Shown here one piece after another: positions 51,811 to 63,386 of a DNA stretch of 64,000 bases. This DNA comes from a virus (lineage: Duplodnaviria; Caudoviricetes). Position 1 is the first letter of the stretch. The number at the start of each line of letters is the position of its first letter. Location: the IMG/VR virus record IMGVR_UViG_3300031151_000426, one strand, 5' to 3'. Under the pieces are notes generated by a model. The model ran no database searches. It had not been told where the DNA came from and saw only the letters and a list, made by a program, of their open reading frames with translations. The position numbers were made by a program, and so were the translations under genes.

Positions 51811-53819
51811 TAGCCCACCTTCGTTTGATTGCCACGCATGACCTGAGCGTTTGCCGACTGCTGGCGGCGCTCGACCTCGGTACCAACAGAACGCGGATCG
51901 CCACCACCGTAGATGTGATAGGTGTTCTGCTGCTGTACCTGCGCCCCCTTCCCGGGCATGTTACTCAACACCTTAGGAATGTAGTTGCGGGTTTCCTGCG
52001 GCATCAGGGCCATTCCGTGCTTCTGCACATTCCCGATCCCCCAGTTATATGAGGCCAGCGCTTTGCTCAGGTCACCGCCGTTAGCCTTCAGCAATTGCGA
52101 GAGATATTTAGCGGCTGCCTGAGCGGCCTTTTCAGGATTGAACACGTCGTTCCCGCGCAGTCCCATATCACGCGCGGTACCGTCCATAAACTGAAACAGC
52201 CCTTTAGCGCCAGCACCTGAAACGGCGAACTGATTACCGCCCGATTCCGTGATGGCCACACTGCGCAGCAAACCTTCCGGAAGCCGATAGAGTTGTTCCA
52301 GGCTAGTGAGCATCGGCTGCATCCATCCCAGCAACTCAGAACCCGCTTTGGTTGGCTGTGGCCGCTTGACTGACTGGCCGATTTGTTCAGGCTCATCATC
52401 ACCAAACCAGCCGCGTACAGTTCGGCCCACGCTGCGAGGATCGAATCCCCAGTGCTCTTTAATCCAGTCGGCGGTACCGTTGGCGCTGTCTGTTACCATC
52501 GGCATCGCTGACGGGTTTTCACTACCTTGGTTCAGCAGTTGTTTGCCGATGCTGGCGGCATCAGCCCAGCGGCCATCTTTAATGGCGTTGAGCAGGTCGG
52601 CGATCATATTCAGCATCCTGCTGAACTCGCCCATCTGGTCGATGAAGTTGCTGAAATCCCACTTCAGGGACCACGATTTGGGGTCAATATTGAGCAGTTT
52701 CGCCAGCGCTTTCGCCAGATCGTTAACGGTCCCCTGCAGGTCATGGACCATTTTTAGCGCGGCGTCGACTTCCGGTTTCCACTTGCCCCAGTCAATCAGG
52801 CTCTGACCGCCTTCCTTCCAGGTCTTATAATCCTCCCACAGGAGGGCAATACCCGCCGCCAGCGCGGTAATCAGGCCAATCGGTGACATCCAGAACGTGC
52901 TGTTCAGAATGCGCAGCGCAATCGTCAGCGCGCCAAACAGCGAGATCAGCTCCCGCGTTTGCTTGTCCAGTGATTTCCACCAGGTAATAAGGTCTGATGT
53001 CCCCTCGATGAGCCGGAAGAACAGCCGCCCGATAATGTCCCCGAGCGCCAGAATGCCTTTTATGGCCTTCGTCAGCGTCTGCTCGATGCGCGGGAAGTTA
53101 TCCAGGATGTGGCGGCGCAGGGTGTCCAGCGAACCCGCCAGGCCACCAGCGAGATTAGAGCCGATTTTATCCCGGGCCATACCCGCCATCGCGCCGAACT
53201 CGCGCAGGGATGTCATAAACTTGTTGGAGCTTCTGGCCGCCTCGTCTGCATTGAAGCCGATCGCCTTCGCCATTGCGCTGTACTGCCCGGAGAAACCACC
53301 CACGCCACGGCGCATCGCCATGAGGGTATTTTCATCAATACCCAGCATCTGGGCATACTGGTTAGCCCGGTAATACGGCATGCTACTGAGCTTCTGGCCG
53401 ACACCCGTAAAAATGGCGGCCATATCGCGCATGTTACCGCTGGCGTCACGGGTCTGGACACCCAGTCGGTTCAGGAACCCTTCCGCGCCGGGGTTATTTC
53501 GTACAAACCGGGAGAGGCTTTCCAGAGAGCCGCGCGCCGCGTCGACGCTGCCGCCCACCTGCGAAACCGCATAGCCAATCGACTGAATCCCCTGAACCGT
53601 CGCGCCGGTGCGCTGTGATGCCCAGTAGAGATTATCCAGACCGGAGGCGATCTTAGCCGTAAAGGCCACCACGGTAAGCGCGGCACCTTCGACGGCCAGC
53701 CCCATTTTGATGGCGTTTGCGGTCGTACCTGCGAGGACTGAATCGAACTTTTCCGCGCCTGCTTCGTCGATATCGAAACCGAGCGAGACGAGGAAATCTT
53801 TAATAGTCTCAGCGTTCAT
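51810..53819 (-). CDS. Tape measure protein with C-terminal lytic transglycosylase (SLT)
   Basis: IKDFLVSLGF N-terminus; TESGG, GAKGLFQFM, ALASYNWG, ETRNYI. Confidence 0.9.
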   Translation of the reverse strand: MNAETIKDFLVSLGFDIDEAGAEKFDSVLAGTTANAIKMGLAVEGAALTVVAFTAKIASGLDNLYWASQRTGATVQGIQSIGYAVSQVGGSVDAARGSLESLSRFVRNNPGAEGFLNRLGVQTRDASGNMRDMAAIFTGVGQKLSSMPYYRANQYAQMLGIDENTLMAMRRGVGGFSGQYSAMAKAIGFNADEAARSSNKFMTSLREFGAMAGMARDKIGSNLAGGLAGSLDTLRRHILDNFPRIEQTLTKAIKGILALGDIIGRLFFRLIEGTSDLITWWKSLDKQTRELISLFGALTIALRILNSTFWMSPIGLITALAAGIALLWEDYKTWKEGGQSLIDWGKWKPEVDAALKMVHDLQGTVNDLAKALAKLLNIDPKSWSLKWDFSNFIDQMGEFSRMLNMIADLLNAIKDGRWADAASIGKQLLNQGSENPSAMPMVTDSANGTADWIKEHWGFDPRSVGRTVRGWFGDDEPEQIGQSVKRPQPTKAGSELLGWMQPMLTSLEQLYRLPEGLLRSVAITESGGNQFAVSGAGAKGLFQFMDGTARDMGLRGNDVFNPEKAAQAAAKYLSQLLKANGGDLSKALASYNWGIGNVQKHGMALMPQETRNYIPKVLSNMPGKGAQVQQQNTYHIYGGGDPRSVGTEVERRQQSANAQVMRGNQTKVG

Positions 53820-54050
53820 TATCCTCTCTCCATTTCTCTATACGGCGCTGGTTGTCAGCCTTAACGGCCAGGTGGTCATTCATCAGCGCGATATCGCACA
53901 GATCGACAGATCCATCCTTCAGCGCGTAATAAGGGATTAACCCGGCGTCAACCGGGTCAAGGAGATAAGACAGCCCGTCAGGCAGGCTGTTGAGGGTTAG
54001 CCCTGAGGCTGGTCCGCCGTCGCGCTGGTAGGGCTCACGGGCAAAAAATT
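53809..54050 (-). CDS. -1 frame extension of the tail assembly chaperone (GT-like)
   Basis: Frame open from the A AAT TTT slippery site to TGA at 53809: FAREPYQRDGG...LKDGSVDLCDIALMNDHL... Confidence 0.65.
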
Positions 54051-54449
54051 TCCCAGCGAATCGGCGACCACCCGCGCCACCAACTGCAGCATGGTCAGCA
54101 GGTCGATATCATCGAACATCAGCTGACCGCTGTTAAATACCGGCGTCCATCCGTCCATGTGCTTGCGTGATACCACGGCCAGGCAAGGATGAATAATCGC
54201 GTTGGTGTCTTCTTCGGTCAGGGAAGACAGTTCCTCAGCGATACGCGGGAGCAGGGTTTCAAACACCGGTTTCAGCTGATCGAATTTCACGGTGTCGATT
54301 TTGCCGTCAGCAGGCAGCAGGGAGCGAATGCTCCCGAAATCTGACATCATGCCTGCCAGAACCGGCAGGAGTTTGCGGGTCACTTTCAGCTGGTCAAAAA
54401 CGCTGAGTTTTGCCACGCGGTAATCGTGGCCTTTGATTGAGCATTCCAT
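53997..54449 (-). CDS. Tail assembly chaperone
   Basis: 150 aa, between tube and TMP; ends with SLGNFL slippery region. Confidence 0.8.
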   Translation of the reverse strand: MECSIKGHDYRVAKLSVFDQLKVTRKLLPVLAGMMSDFGSIRSLLPADGKIDTVKFDQLKPVFETLLPRIAEELSSLTEEDTNAIIHPCLAVVSRKHMDGWTPVFNSGQLMFDDIDLLTMLQLVARVVADSLGNFLPVSPTSATADQPQG

Positions 54450-54452
54450 CTG

Positions 54453-54893
54453 TTAAAACTCTCCGAGTACCTGGTCGATTTTGCCGCAGTCAAACACCCA
54501 GGGCATCGTATTACCTGCTTTAGCGTTGGCGTTATCCGGCTGTTTCTGGAACGCCACGCTGCGCGCCGTGATGATGTCACCGCTCACCTTGTTACGGATC
54601 ACAATGACGTTGTTCCCCCAGGTGCCTGAGGACTGACTCTGGGCGTTGTACGCCAGCGACAGCTTTTTGTTCGTCGGTGAGGTTTTCAGCAGATTGATGG
54701 TCACCGTGCCGCTTTTATCCGCGTGCAGGCTGTGCATCACTTCGCCGTCAGCACCGATGGTCATGGTGTTTTTTGGGCCGCCCATTGCAACGGTGATCCC
54801 CTCCTCTGAACTGGCGGAACCATAGCCCAGATCAATCTCACCGGTCGGGCCGGAAAGGGACGCCGTGACGTCCATAAAAGAATACGTAGCCAT
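54453..54893 (-). CDS. Tail tube protein (DUF3277-like)
   Basis: TYSF, IGADGE, LLKTSPTN motifs; follows the sheath. Confidence 0.82.
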   Translation of the reverse strand: MATYSFMDVTASLSGPTGEIDLGYGSASSEEGITVAMGGPKNTMTIGADGEVMHSLHADKSGTVTINLLKTSPTNKKLSLAYNAQSQSSGTWGNNVIVIRNKVSGDIITARSVAFQKQPDNANAKAGNTMPWVFDCGKIDQVLGEF

Positions 54894-54904
54894 TCATGTT
54901 CTCC

Positions 54905-56050
54905 TTAGCGAACGACGTTGATCTGAACATCAGCGAAATGAACCGCGCCCGCCAGCTTACAGGCCACCTGAATAACCGGTGCCTTACGTGCTTCACGGTC
55001 TGCCTGCGCCTGCTCGGAAATCGGCTGCGCGTAGACGTAATAGCCTTTTGTCAGCGTATCGCCGGAATCCAGCTGCCCGATCGGGCCGCCGTTCCATACA
55101 CCGGCAGCCACCAGCCCGTTTGTGACAGACTGATCCATTGATTTCTCAACGTTGGAAAGGAGGCGCGTCACACCCGCGTCAGTCTGTGGGACTTTGGTTG
55201 TGCTGGTGTAGAGCAGGTTATACAGGTTGGTCTGCACGTAGTTCTGCAGCCAGTCGAGCCCGTGGCGCTCATCGAAGAAATCGCCGCTGGACATGACGCC
55301 CTGCTGAAGAATTGCCGTATCGTTCTCGTAATACACGTAGACGTTACAGTTTTTGGCATCCAGCGCCGCCGCCTGATTGGTGGTCAGGGTTTCATACGTG
55401 ATCCCCGGCTCCTGCTTGAATTTCAGGGTAATGGTGGTATTGCTGCCGTTGAAATTCACCGTAAACGCGCGGCCAAACGCAGACAGCGCGGCGTACTTGC
55501 TGCTGGTGGAATACTGCACGAAGGTGCGGCTATATTTTGCCGTCTTCAGCTTATAGGCCAGATCGGTTGTGGAGGTCGTGTTAACCGCTTCCGGGTCTTG
55601 GATGGTAATCGCCAGAATACGACTGAGGCTGGAAGCCTCGATCGCGGCGGCCACGCTCAGCCAGTCGGCATCGTCGATGTCTTCATCATCGGCTATGCCC
55701 AAACCGTACCAGCTCGTGTAATTCAGTACAGCGTTCACGGCCTGCAGCAGCGTTTCCGTCGAACCGCTTTCAGCCGATGCCAGCGTTTTCGCCCAGCGGC
55801 CGACATAGACCTGCTGAGGTTTCGGTGATTGCGAGAAATACACGGTAGCAGCTTCATATTCCGGGCTATCCACGCCGAAATCAGAGCCGATATCCTCTAC
55901 AGAAGAATAAAGGCGAAGGCGCTCAGTGACCGGGATAACCGTTGAGCTCCCGAGAATGAGCAGCGAACCGAAGTTTCGACCAGTAGCCGCACGCGGCCCA
56001 ATGATCACGTCGACATTGACGACGTTTGATACAGGTAATCCCTGCGGCAT
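54905..56050 (-). CDS. Tail sheath protein (DUF3383-like)
   Basis: [17 protein letters not shown]; GLDWL; KVPQTDAG; LAGAVH. Confidence 0.85.
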   Translation of the reverse strand: MPQGLPVSNVVNVDVIIGPRAATGRNFGSLLILGSSTVIPVTERLRLYSSVEDIGSDFGVDSPEYEAATVYFSQSPKPQQVYVGRWAKTLASAESGSTETLLQAVNAVLNYTSWYGLGIADDEDIDDADWLSVAAAIEASSLSRILAITIQDPEAVNTTSTTDLAYKLKTAKYSRTFVQYSTSSKYAALSAFGRAFTVNFNGSNTTITLKFKQEPGITYETLTTNQAAALDAKNCNVYVYYENDTAILQQGVMSSGDFFDERHGLDWLQNYVQTNLYNLLYTSTTKVPQTDAGVTRLLSNVEKSMDQSVTNGLVAAGVWNGGPIGQLDSGDTLTKGYYVYAQPISEQAQADREARKAPVIQVACKLAGAVHFADVQINVVR

Positions 56051-56053
56051 AAT

Positions 56054-56599
56054 TTAGTCTCCGAAAAATGAGACGGGCGCATCTTGCAGCGTCCGGACGT
56101 TGTAGGTACGAATGTTCTTGCGGGAAAGAGTAATGGTGAGGTCATATCGCCTCACCCACTGGTTATTAATGAGTTCGGGCAGGTTGTAGATTGTCCCGGC
56201 ATCCACCAGCGAAAGCCCAGAGCGGTTCAGTTCGGCGTTGTTCTGCTCGACGAATATCCCCGCGCGGAAAGTTGATGCAGTGTTGGCCCCCAGAGGGCCG
56301 TAAAAGCAGCAAATCACCGTGACCTGTTCCCATGTCCATTGTTCGGACTGTTCTTCCGAAACCTGAACATCGGACTGGCTTAACGGCTGGGGAACGGTAG
56401 TGATACCGAAGCCGCACCACGTCACCCCGTTGTTGGGGATCTGCGGCTGCGGGTCAGTCCATCGGGGAAAAACAAGCGCAGCCGGCAAGCCAGAAACACC
56501 ACGAATCCACCGACTGATTTCACGCTCCAGCGCCTCGTCATACTGGGGGAGAGCCCCGACAGGCGTAAGATAACCGCGCGCGGTGCTGTCGTTACTCAA
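56054..56599 (-). CDS. Neck/tail terminator protein
   Basis: TTG start near 56599; PELINNQWVRRYD motif; precedes the sheath. Confidence 0.7.
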   Translation of the reverse strand: MSNDSTARGYLTPVGALPQYDEALEREISRWIRGVSGLPAALVFPRWTDPQPQIPNNGVTWCGFGITTVPQPLSQSDVQVSEEQSEQWTWEQVTVICCFYGPLGANTASTFRAGIFVEQNNAELNRSGLSLVDAGTIYNLPELINNQWVRRYDLTITLSRKNIRTYNVRTLQDAPVSFFGD

Positions 56600-56996
56600 C
56601 TGGCGTCCCTCCGTTAAAGTCCACCAGCTCACAATGTGCCTGGACGAATCCAGCACCGTAACGGGTGTACGGGTCAACGAACGTCACGCGGTAGTCGCGG
56701 CCGCTGTAGGTGACGATATCGGCATCCAGCCGCGGGGAGCTGTCTGAACCGGGCTGGCCCTGGGTTAATCTGAACTGTGTCACGATGAGGATCGCGCCGC
56801 TGATGTTCTGGCCTGCCTCCATTCGCCTGGCTTCCAGAGAGCGGTCAACCGTCACCACGCCAGAGAACGGGATATCCTGAGCGGTGTTTTTCGTGAAATT
56901 GTCCTCATCCGCCGTCTGAACCTGACGGTGACACACCAGGCTGGTGTCCATGAAGTCGGGATCGAGAAGAACATCGCTCACATCGAGAAGAGGCAT
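56592..56996 (-). CDS. Head-tail adaptor
   Basis: LDVSDVLLDPDF; ADIVTYSGRDYRV. Confidence 0.7.
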   Translation of the reverse strand: MPLLDVSDVLLDPDFMDTSLVCHRQVQTADEDNFTKNTAQDIPFSGVVTVDRSLEARRMEAGQNISGAILIVTQFRLTQGQPGSDSSPRLDADIVTYSGRDYRVTFVDPYTRYGAGFVQAHCELVDFNGGTPVE

Positions 56997-57502
56997 TATT
57001 TTTTCCTCACGACGTAGTTAATTGAGCGCAGCAGGTATCCATGGGCATACAGCGGCTTGTCGCCGGGAATGCCTTCGGTCCTTCTGCGTTCGAGGGTTTT
57101 CTCAGAAAGCGGGTGCAGCCGGTCGCCAGCACCGATAACGGCTTTTGCAGCGTCACGGGCGATCTGTCCGGCGCTTTCCAGCTCACGCATTGCCGCTTCA
57201 GTCTGCCCCTCCAGCGCGGCGGTTGCCGCTGCCTTGAGGTGTGCGGTGGTTCTGGGTTTTGAATCCTCGATCCCCATATCCAGAAAAGGACGCGGGGGGA
57301 GCGTGACCGTTGTACCGTCGATTTCCACCGTTGCGCCCGTCGAGTGGAGGTAGCCCAGTTCCGCGTTATTAATCGGAGAGCCATCCTCACGCCCCGCCTT
57401 GTCCTCTGGTATTCCCACCAGCACATCCATTCCGGATAGCTGCCGGAGGGATTCCAGAACAGCCAGGGCGTTATCAGTGCGAACCGTTAACCCGCTTTTC
57501 AT
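56996..57502 (-). CDS. Neck / virion morphogenesis protein
   Basis: VLVGIP, LPPRPFL, PLSEKTL...KPL motifs. Confidence 0.72.
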   Translation of the reverse strand: MKSGLTVRTDNALAVLESLRQLSGMDVLVGIPEDKAGREDGSPINNAELGYLHSTGATVEIDGTTVTLPPRPFLDMGIEDSKPRTTAHLKAAATAALEGQTEAAMRELESAGQIARDAAKAVIGAGDRLHPLSEKTLERRRTEGIPGDKPLYAHGYLLRSINYVVRKK

Positions 57503-57918
57503 TATGGTGTTCCCAGTTGTATCGCTCCCGCACCGAATATCATGAGGTATTCCCAAAATTCGGAACCGTAGCGAGTGTTATTCCAGAACCCCGCATCAGG
57601 ATTAAGCGTCGCACTGACGTCATAGCTGACAGAAACCTTATCCACTGACTTTGATGTCTGAACACCACTATTCGCACCACCAGCGCCCCCTACGGACGAC
57701 GAGCGTATGTCAGCGGCATAAAGTGTCATGTAATGCGCCACGAACAATTCAACGACATAGGGGAAAATATCCTCCCCAAACCGGGACTCGCTCATCAAAA
57801 CATCTGCCAAAGCGAGACGGGCCTGTATCATCGTGGTGGGAAATTTGGTTTCATCAGCGAACTGCGGGAGGTCAGCGCGGAATTTCTCAGGCGTCGGCAG
57901 GCTTTGGTTTTTTGCCAT
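57502..57918 (-). CDS. Head completion protein (DUF4054-like)
   Basis: [28 protein letters not shown]. Confidence 0.8.
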   Translation of the reverse strand: MAKNQSLPTPEKFRADLPQFADETKFPTTMIQARLALADVLMSESRFGEDIFPYVVELFVAHYMTLYAADIRSSSVGGAGGANSGVQTSKSVDKVSVSYDVSATLNPDAGFWNNTRYGSEFWEYLMIFGAGAIQLGTP

Positions 57919-58168
57919 TGGCTTTAGCCTCTGCAAGTTGCTCCTCAAGCTCAGCAATGCGGGTTGCCTGGTCTGCCACCAGCGCTTCCAGCTCAGTAAT
58001 ACGCGGATCATCTGCCAGCGCAGGGGCTTCGCCATCGGGCGAGCAATGCGCTTTCACAAACCAGTGATCAGCAACGTCATTTTCTACGTCATGAAACCCG
58101 GGGGTAAAAGCCTTGATGCTGGCTCCATCGTTAAAGTTAAACGCCGACAGCACATAGATTTTTTTCAT
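57887..58168 (-). CDS. Small head-associated protein
   Basis: [18 protein letters not shown] plus coiled coil; follows the capsid gene. Confidence 0.68.
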   Translation of the reverse strand: MKKIYVLSAFNFNDGASIKAFTPGFHDVENDVADHWFVKAHCSPDGEAPALADDPRITELEALVADQATRIAELEEQLAEAKANGKKPKPADA

Positions 58169-58210
58169 AGCAGTTCCTCAGGAAAGCCCCCGTTTCCGGG
58201 GGCTACTGGC

Positions 58211-59152
58211 TTAAATGCCGTCCATGTAGTTAAGGGTTTCCGGATAGACCGGTTCAACAGCGCCCAGCTTTCCGTAGTAGGTTACGAGCTGGTAGATGCC
58301 GCGATACTGGATCGGCACGCTCTGCAGGGGAACCATAGGGAAGCGCACAAACTTTTTATCGTTCGTGTATGCGACCATACGATCTTTGTTTGCAACGCCA
58401 CGGCCGATTGCCCATTTCACAGGGCGGATATTCAGCGGTTTGCCGTTCTGGTGGAAAGCAATTGTGTTGGTTTCAAGATAGGTCAGCAGTGACTGATTAC
58501 CTGCAGATGAAACGATAGTGCTTGCCAGGAAAGAATATTGGTCTGGCGGGATCAGCAAGTCTTCCGGAACTTTTGAATATGCGGAACGGGTCCACGCATT
58601 GCTTAGTACCTGGTTAATGCTGGCGCGGATTTCGTCAGGGGTAGAGGTCGCCCAAGTTTTCGCCGCGTTCGTTGGGGTTACCTGAGACAGGTTCAAAAGC
58701 CCCTTTGCACCTTTTGCAGCGTCCCCGATATACACCTGCTCGTCAGTATCCATATTCCACTTCAACTGCATACCGTCGTATTTCTGAGTGTCAATCGGAC
58801 GCCCCACCTGTGCAGCGGCAGCAAGTTCTACAATCGTCCATCCAAGTTCCATCCCCCACAGTTCCAGAGGGAAGCCTGTTTTTGTGATATCCACATTCAG
58901 GCCAGCGATTGCGGTTGCAAGCTGGTTAATCCAGTTCTTGCCGTTCGCGTTTGGGGAGCCTGCTGCTGCAAACGTCGTGTTGGTGAAAGAACTCATCTCA
59001 TCTGCGATAGAAACGTCTTCACGCAGCTCAATGTCGCGGCTCCAGGTCTGGGACGTCAGAGGAAGGTTCAGAGTCTGGTCCAGGCGTTCCAGCTCATGGA
59101 CCAGAAAAGCACCAGTGCTGTCGACTGTTGCCTGATCGAAGGTCATTGGCAT
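58211..59152 (-). CDS. Major capsid protein (DUF2184-like)
   Basis: 313 aa; GAFLVHELERLD, GLLN, RMVAY motifs; followed by a hairpin at 58184-58204. Confidence 0.85.
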   Translation of the reverse strand: MPMTFDQATVDSTGAFLVHELERLDQTLNLPLTSQTWSRDIELREDVSIADEMSSFTNTTFAAAGSPNANGKNWINQLATAIAGLNVDITKTGFPLELWGMELGWTIVELAAAAQVGRPIDTQKYDGMQLKWNMDTDEQVYIGDAAKGAKGLLNLSQVTPTNAAKTWATSTPDEIRASINQVLSNAWTRSAYSKVPEDLLIPPDQYSFLASTIVSSAGNQSLLTYLETNTIAFHQNGKPLNIRPVKWAIGRGVANKDRMVAYTNDKKFVRFPMVPLQSVPIQYRGIYQLVTYYGKLGAVEPVYPETLNYMDGI

Positions 59153-59165
59153 TTGTCATGCTCCC

Positions 59166-59660
59166 TTAAATGTTATATGCCAGTTCAATGTTGCCGTCGG
59201 CGTCGCCGGGACCATTGAAATAAGCGTTGGTGATCTGAACGGTGTTTGTATCGTCCGCAGCCGCGAGGAAAGCTCCCAGCGGGCTTGCGGCGGTTGGGGT
59301 GCCAACGCGCATAAATACCGGGGCATAGAGAGCAACAGCAGAGGCGTCACCGCCGATATTGACCGTGACATAACCGCGTTTCAGGTTGTCGCCGGCAAAG
59401 TTGTAGCCGGTGCCAACCTGGCGAATCTTGTCGGGCTGCGAAGCTGTCGGGTAAGGGCGAACAAAAATACCTGCCAGCACCGTGACCGGGTCGGCCGCCT
59501 CAACAGGCACGAACTTACCCCCGACAATCTTCCCGCCCAGCCCATACGCCGGGAAGGGTTTAGTTGCATCGAGAATATGAGGTTCTACGGTTAAATCCTG
59601 TGGGCGTGAAATACCCCCGGCGATGCCCGCAGGCATCCGGTAAAGAATGGTGTTAGCCAT
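59166..59660 (-). CDS. Head decoration / cement protein
   Basis: YRMPAGIAG; RGYVTV; lies between protease and capsid. Confidence 0.7.
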   Translation of the reverse strand: MANTILYRMPAGIAGGISRPQDLTVEPHILDATKPFPAYGLGGKIVGGKFVPVEAADPVTVLAGIFVRPYPTASQPDKIRQVGTGYNFAGDNLKRGYVTVNIGGDASAVALYAPVFMRVGTPTAASPLGAFLAAADDTNTVQITNAYFNGPGDADGNIELAYNI

Positions 59661-59663
59661 GTT

Positions 59664-60875
<1,212 letters not shown>

Positions 60876-61091
60876 CTAAATAATCGCGAGGTCTGAGTTA
60901 CGTACGAACTCGCGGAGAAGCGCCTTTATCTGACGGACATTTCCCCGACCGGAAGCCTTCAGTTGAGACAGCTCACCGACACAACGATAAACAGCGGTGA
61001 CGCTGCCTATAGACATTTCGATAACCCGGCGGTCGCCAGCTCGCTTAGCATCGATACAAACCTTTTTCATTTTCACCTCTTCGGGCAACAA
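60876..61091 (-). CDS. Small hypothetical protein
   Basis: About 65 aa from MKKVCIDAKR with a GAGGT RBS. Confidence 0.55.
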   Translation of the reverse strand: MLPEEVKMKKVCIDAKRAGDRRVIEMSIGSVTAVYRCVGELSQLKASGRGNVRQIKALLREFVRNSDLAII

Positions 61092-61325
61092 AAAAGGCCG
61101 CTCATGAGCGACCTTGTGGAGTGGGATAAATGTTCAAAATAACGGGCTATTTAACATAAGGGTTCTTACCCGCACCGACGAAAACGGACTCGATTAAAAT
61201 GTCCTTTTAAAGCCGTAAAAGTAGCGATTAACTGGGCTGAAAATCGGCCTTTCCGTATACAACACTTTCATAACATTTCGCGGGTATTGCAGTTCGCATG
61301 AAATGAATGCTAAAAGCCGTATTTT

Positions 61326-62054
61326 TCACTTTCTCGGTGCTGGAATCTGTACTTCAGGCCAGCATTTGCAGTTCGGCAAACATCCGGCGTGTCCGGTCAT
61401 ACCGTCCAGCGTCGGCGGGTTATCCCAGCGCACAAATTTATCTTTCATCTTGCGGTGAGAATCCCGCGTTCCGGCCCCCTTAATACGCCACCAGTAGCCC
61501 TCTGAGCCAACCGAAAGGGCTCTGGCCTGCGTCAGCGCGCCGGTAGCTCGTCCAATCTCTGTACGGGCAATCAGCTGCGCCCTGCTGGCGGCCACATCAC
61601 CGGAGGCCATAATCATCTCGTAGAGCTCATCCGGACGTTCGCCAGTGATAACCGCCTGCATTGCACGCTGTTGTATGTCCATCACGCGATCGGCTGCTTC
61701 CAGCGGCAGGGACTTCATCAGCTGAATCTGGCGATACACGATATCCTGAGCCACCTGACCGACGGGGGTATTACCCACCACATCGCGCAGGCCAGCGCCG
61801 ATTTCCTCTGATACCGATTTCCACAGGTTCCATTCCTCCTGCTCGACCTGGGCAAACATCCTTCGCCCGACCTGCTCTGCCCAGTCGCTGATTACCTCGG
61901 AATAGTCCACCAGCGTTTTCGAAATGCTGTCAGCGCTGGCCTGTGAACCATCGTAGGTACCATCGACGATCTGCTCTATCTGGTTTGCTATCGCCAACAG
62001 GCTTTTTCGATACTGTATCTCCGAACGACGGCGGAGGGCTGGTTTCAGATTCAT
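61326..62054 (-). CDS. Head morphogenesis protein (SPP1 gp7/MuF-like)
   Basis: RAQLIARTE, Y.W, R.SH, PNCKC motifs. Confidence 0.85.
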   Translation of the reverse strand: MNLKPALRRRSEIQYRKSLLAIANQIEQIVDGTYDGSQASADSISKTLVDYSEVISDWAEQVGRRMFAQVEQEEWNLWKSVSEEIGAGLRDVVGNTPVGQVAQDIVYRQIQLMKSLPLEAADRVMDIQQRAMQAVITGERPDELYEMIMASGDVAASRAQLIARTEIGRATGALTQARALSVGSEGYWWRIKGAGTRDSHRKMKDKFVRWDNPPTLDGMTGHAGCLPNCKCWPEVQIPAPRK

Positions 62055-63381
62055 CCTCCGACCACTGGGCCTTCGCATGGTCAATATCCTCGTCGGTAAT
62101 AGATGCACCGATGCCCGTTACACGAGCCGTTTCCCTAAGGTCGGTTAATGCGGCGGCGGGAGGCATCCCCAGCTCACGCACGGCGGTCGCCAGTGCGGTA
62201 GTGGTGTTGGTTGCCACCGTTGAACGGTCAACGTCTGACATTTGCCAGAGGGGGTTAAACTCGAACGTAAAATCGTCCGGCAGCGGCTCCCCAAACTCCG
62301 AGCGGTGAAGCACGTCATAGAGCAGACGAACTGGGCCACGTAGCGTATTTTCCTGCGCGGCACCGACGTCATCGTAGTAGTTCGCCAGATCCGAATCGCC
62401 CGTTGAAAACCCTTTCGGAGACTGGCGAAAAAGGCGAACCAGCGGAATGCCGACGGCTCCAGCAATATCCTCCTTGAACTCGCTCAGCAGATCAGATAAC
62501 CCGGCGAACGAGTAGGAGTGCGTTTCGAAGGTATCTTCAGCATCAAAGAGAGACATCCCCTCATTGGTCTGGAACTGGCGCACCATGTCCATTTGTTTGA
62601 GCAGCGCTTCGTATGGTTTTCCACCCATCGCAATAATTTTGCGCAGTTCCTTTATTTTTGCCGTGCGCAAATGCGCTTTGTAAGCGAGCTGTGCCGCACC
62701 AACACTCGTACTGTCATACGATGTCAGGCGGTCGAAGATACGCTCTACAACAGACATTCCCCACTCGTTTTCTGTGAGAGCTTGCTGGTACGGTAGAGTT
62801 ATCCCATCCATACGAATCAGCCGACTGTAATTCACCGTCCAGGGGGGAATACCCTGTGCAGAAGTAACGATTTCGTAAGTTTCGGGTTTACCAAGCTCAG
62901 GCCCGAGTGTCTTGATGCGTCGCCCGAGATTAGGATTAATCATCCAACGATCGAGAACAGCGAGGCCTTTAAAGCTGCCTTTTCCCACTTTATCCAGCAC
63001 CAGAGGCGTCAGAGGTGCCTGACCCTCAATGAGGATTAGCCCAACGGCACCACCATACAGCCTGGACCATTTCAGTATCAGGTTCAGCCGCTCCCAGAGT
63101 TTTAGCTCTTCAAATCGGGCCTCCAGAATCCCCCGCCGCTTTGGGTCAATTTCGCTGGTTATTCTGGCCCCTTTTTTTGTCATATCGTCAGGCTTTGCAT
63201 CAACAGCTGCGCCGATGATCCATGAAGAACGATACGCCCATTCCAACAGCAGACGATTGCGGCTGGTGTAATTGGCTCGATAAGTTGACGCTGCATGCTG
63301 ATTTGGCTGCTGCATGCCAACTCGCGCGACAAAGTTATCGTAAGAGTCGGCTGTGGCGACTCTTCCTGTTTTTTTCGCCAT
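61930..63381 (-). CDS. Portal protein (DUF1073-like)
   Basis: SRLYGG, WGMSV, IPLVRLF.QSPKGF, FEFNPLWQ; follows TerL. Confidence 0.85.
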   Translation of the reverse strand: MAKKTGRVATADSYDNFVARVGMQQPNQHAASTYRANYTSRNRLLLEWAYRSSWIIGAAVDAKPDDMTKKGARITSEIDPKRRGILEARFEELKLWERLNLILKWSRLYGGAVGLILIEGQAPLTPLVLDKVGKGSFKGLAVLDRWMINPNLGRRIKTLGPELGKPETYEIVTSAQGIPPWTVNYSRLIRMDGITLPYQQALTENEWGMSVVERIFDRLTSYDSTSVGAAQLAYKAHLRTAKIKELRKIIAMGGKPYEALLKQMDMVRQFQTNEGMSLFDAEDTFETHSYSFAGLSDLLSEFKEDIAGAVGIPLVRLFRQSPKGFSTGDSDLANYYDDVGAAQENTLRGPVRLLYDVLHRSEFGEPLPDDFTFEFNPLWQMSDVDRSTVATNTTTALATAVRELGMPPAAALTDLRETARVTGIGASITDEDIDHAKAQWSEDESETSPPPSFGDTVSKKPVGDSKPDRADRRWYLRWFTGQR

Positions 63382-63386
63382 AGCTT

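Noticed and set aside
54905-56050. Sheath gene as a truncated pseudogene (381 aa seems short)
   Set aside because: The frame is intact, with both terminal motifs and normal spacing to its neighbours; it is more likely a natural variant lacking an insertion domain.
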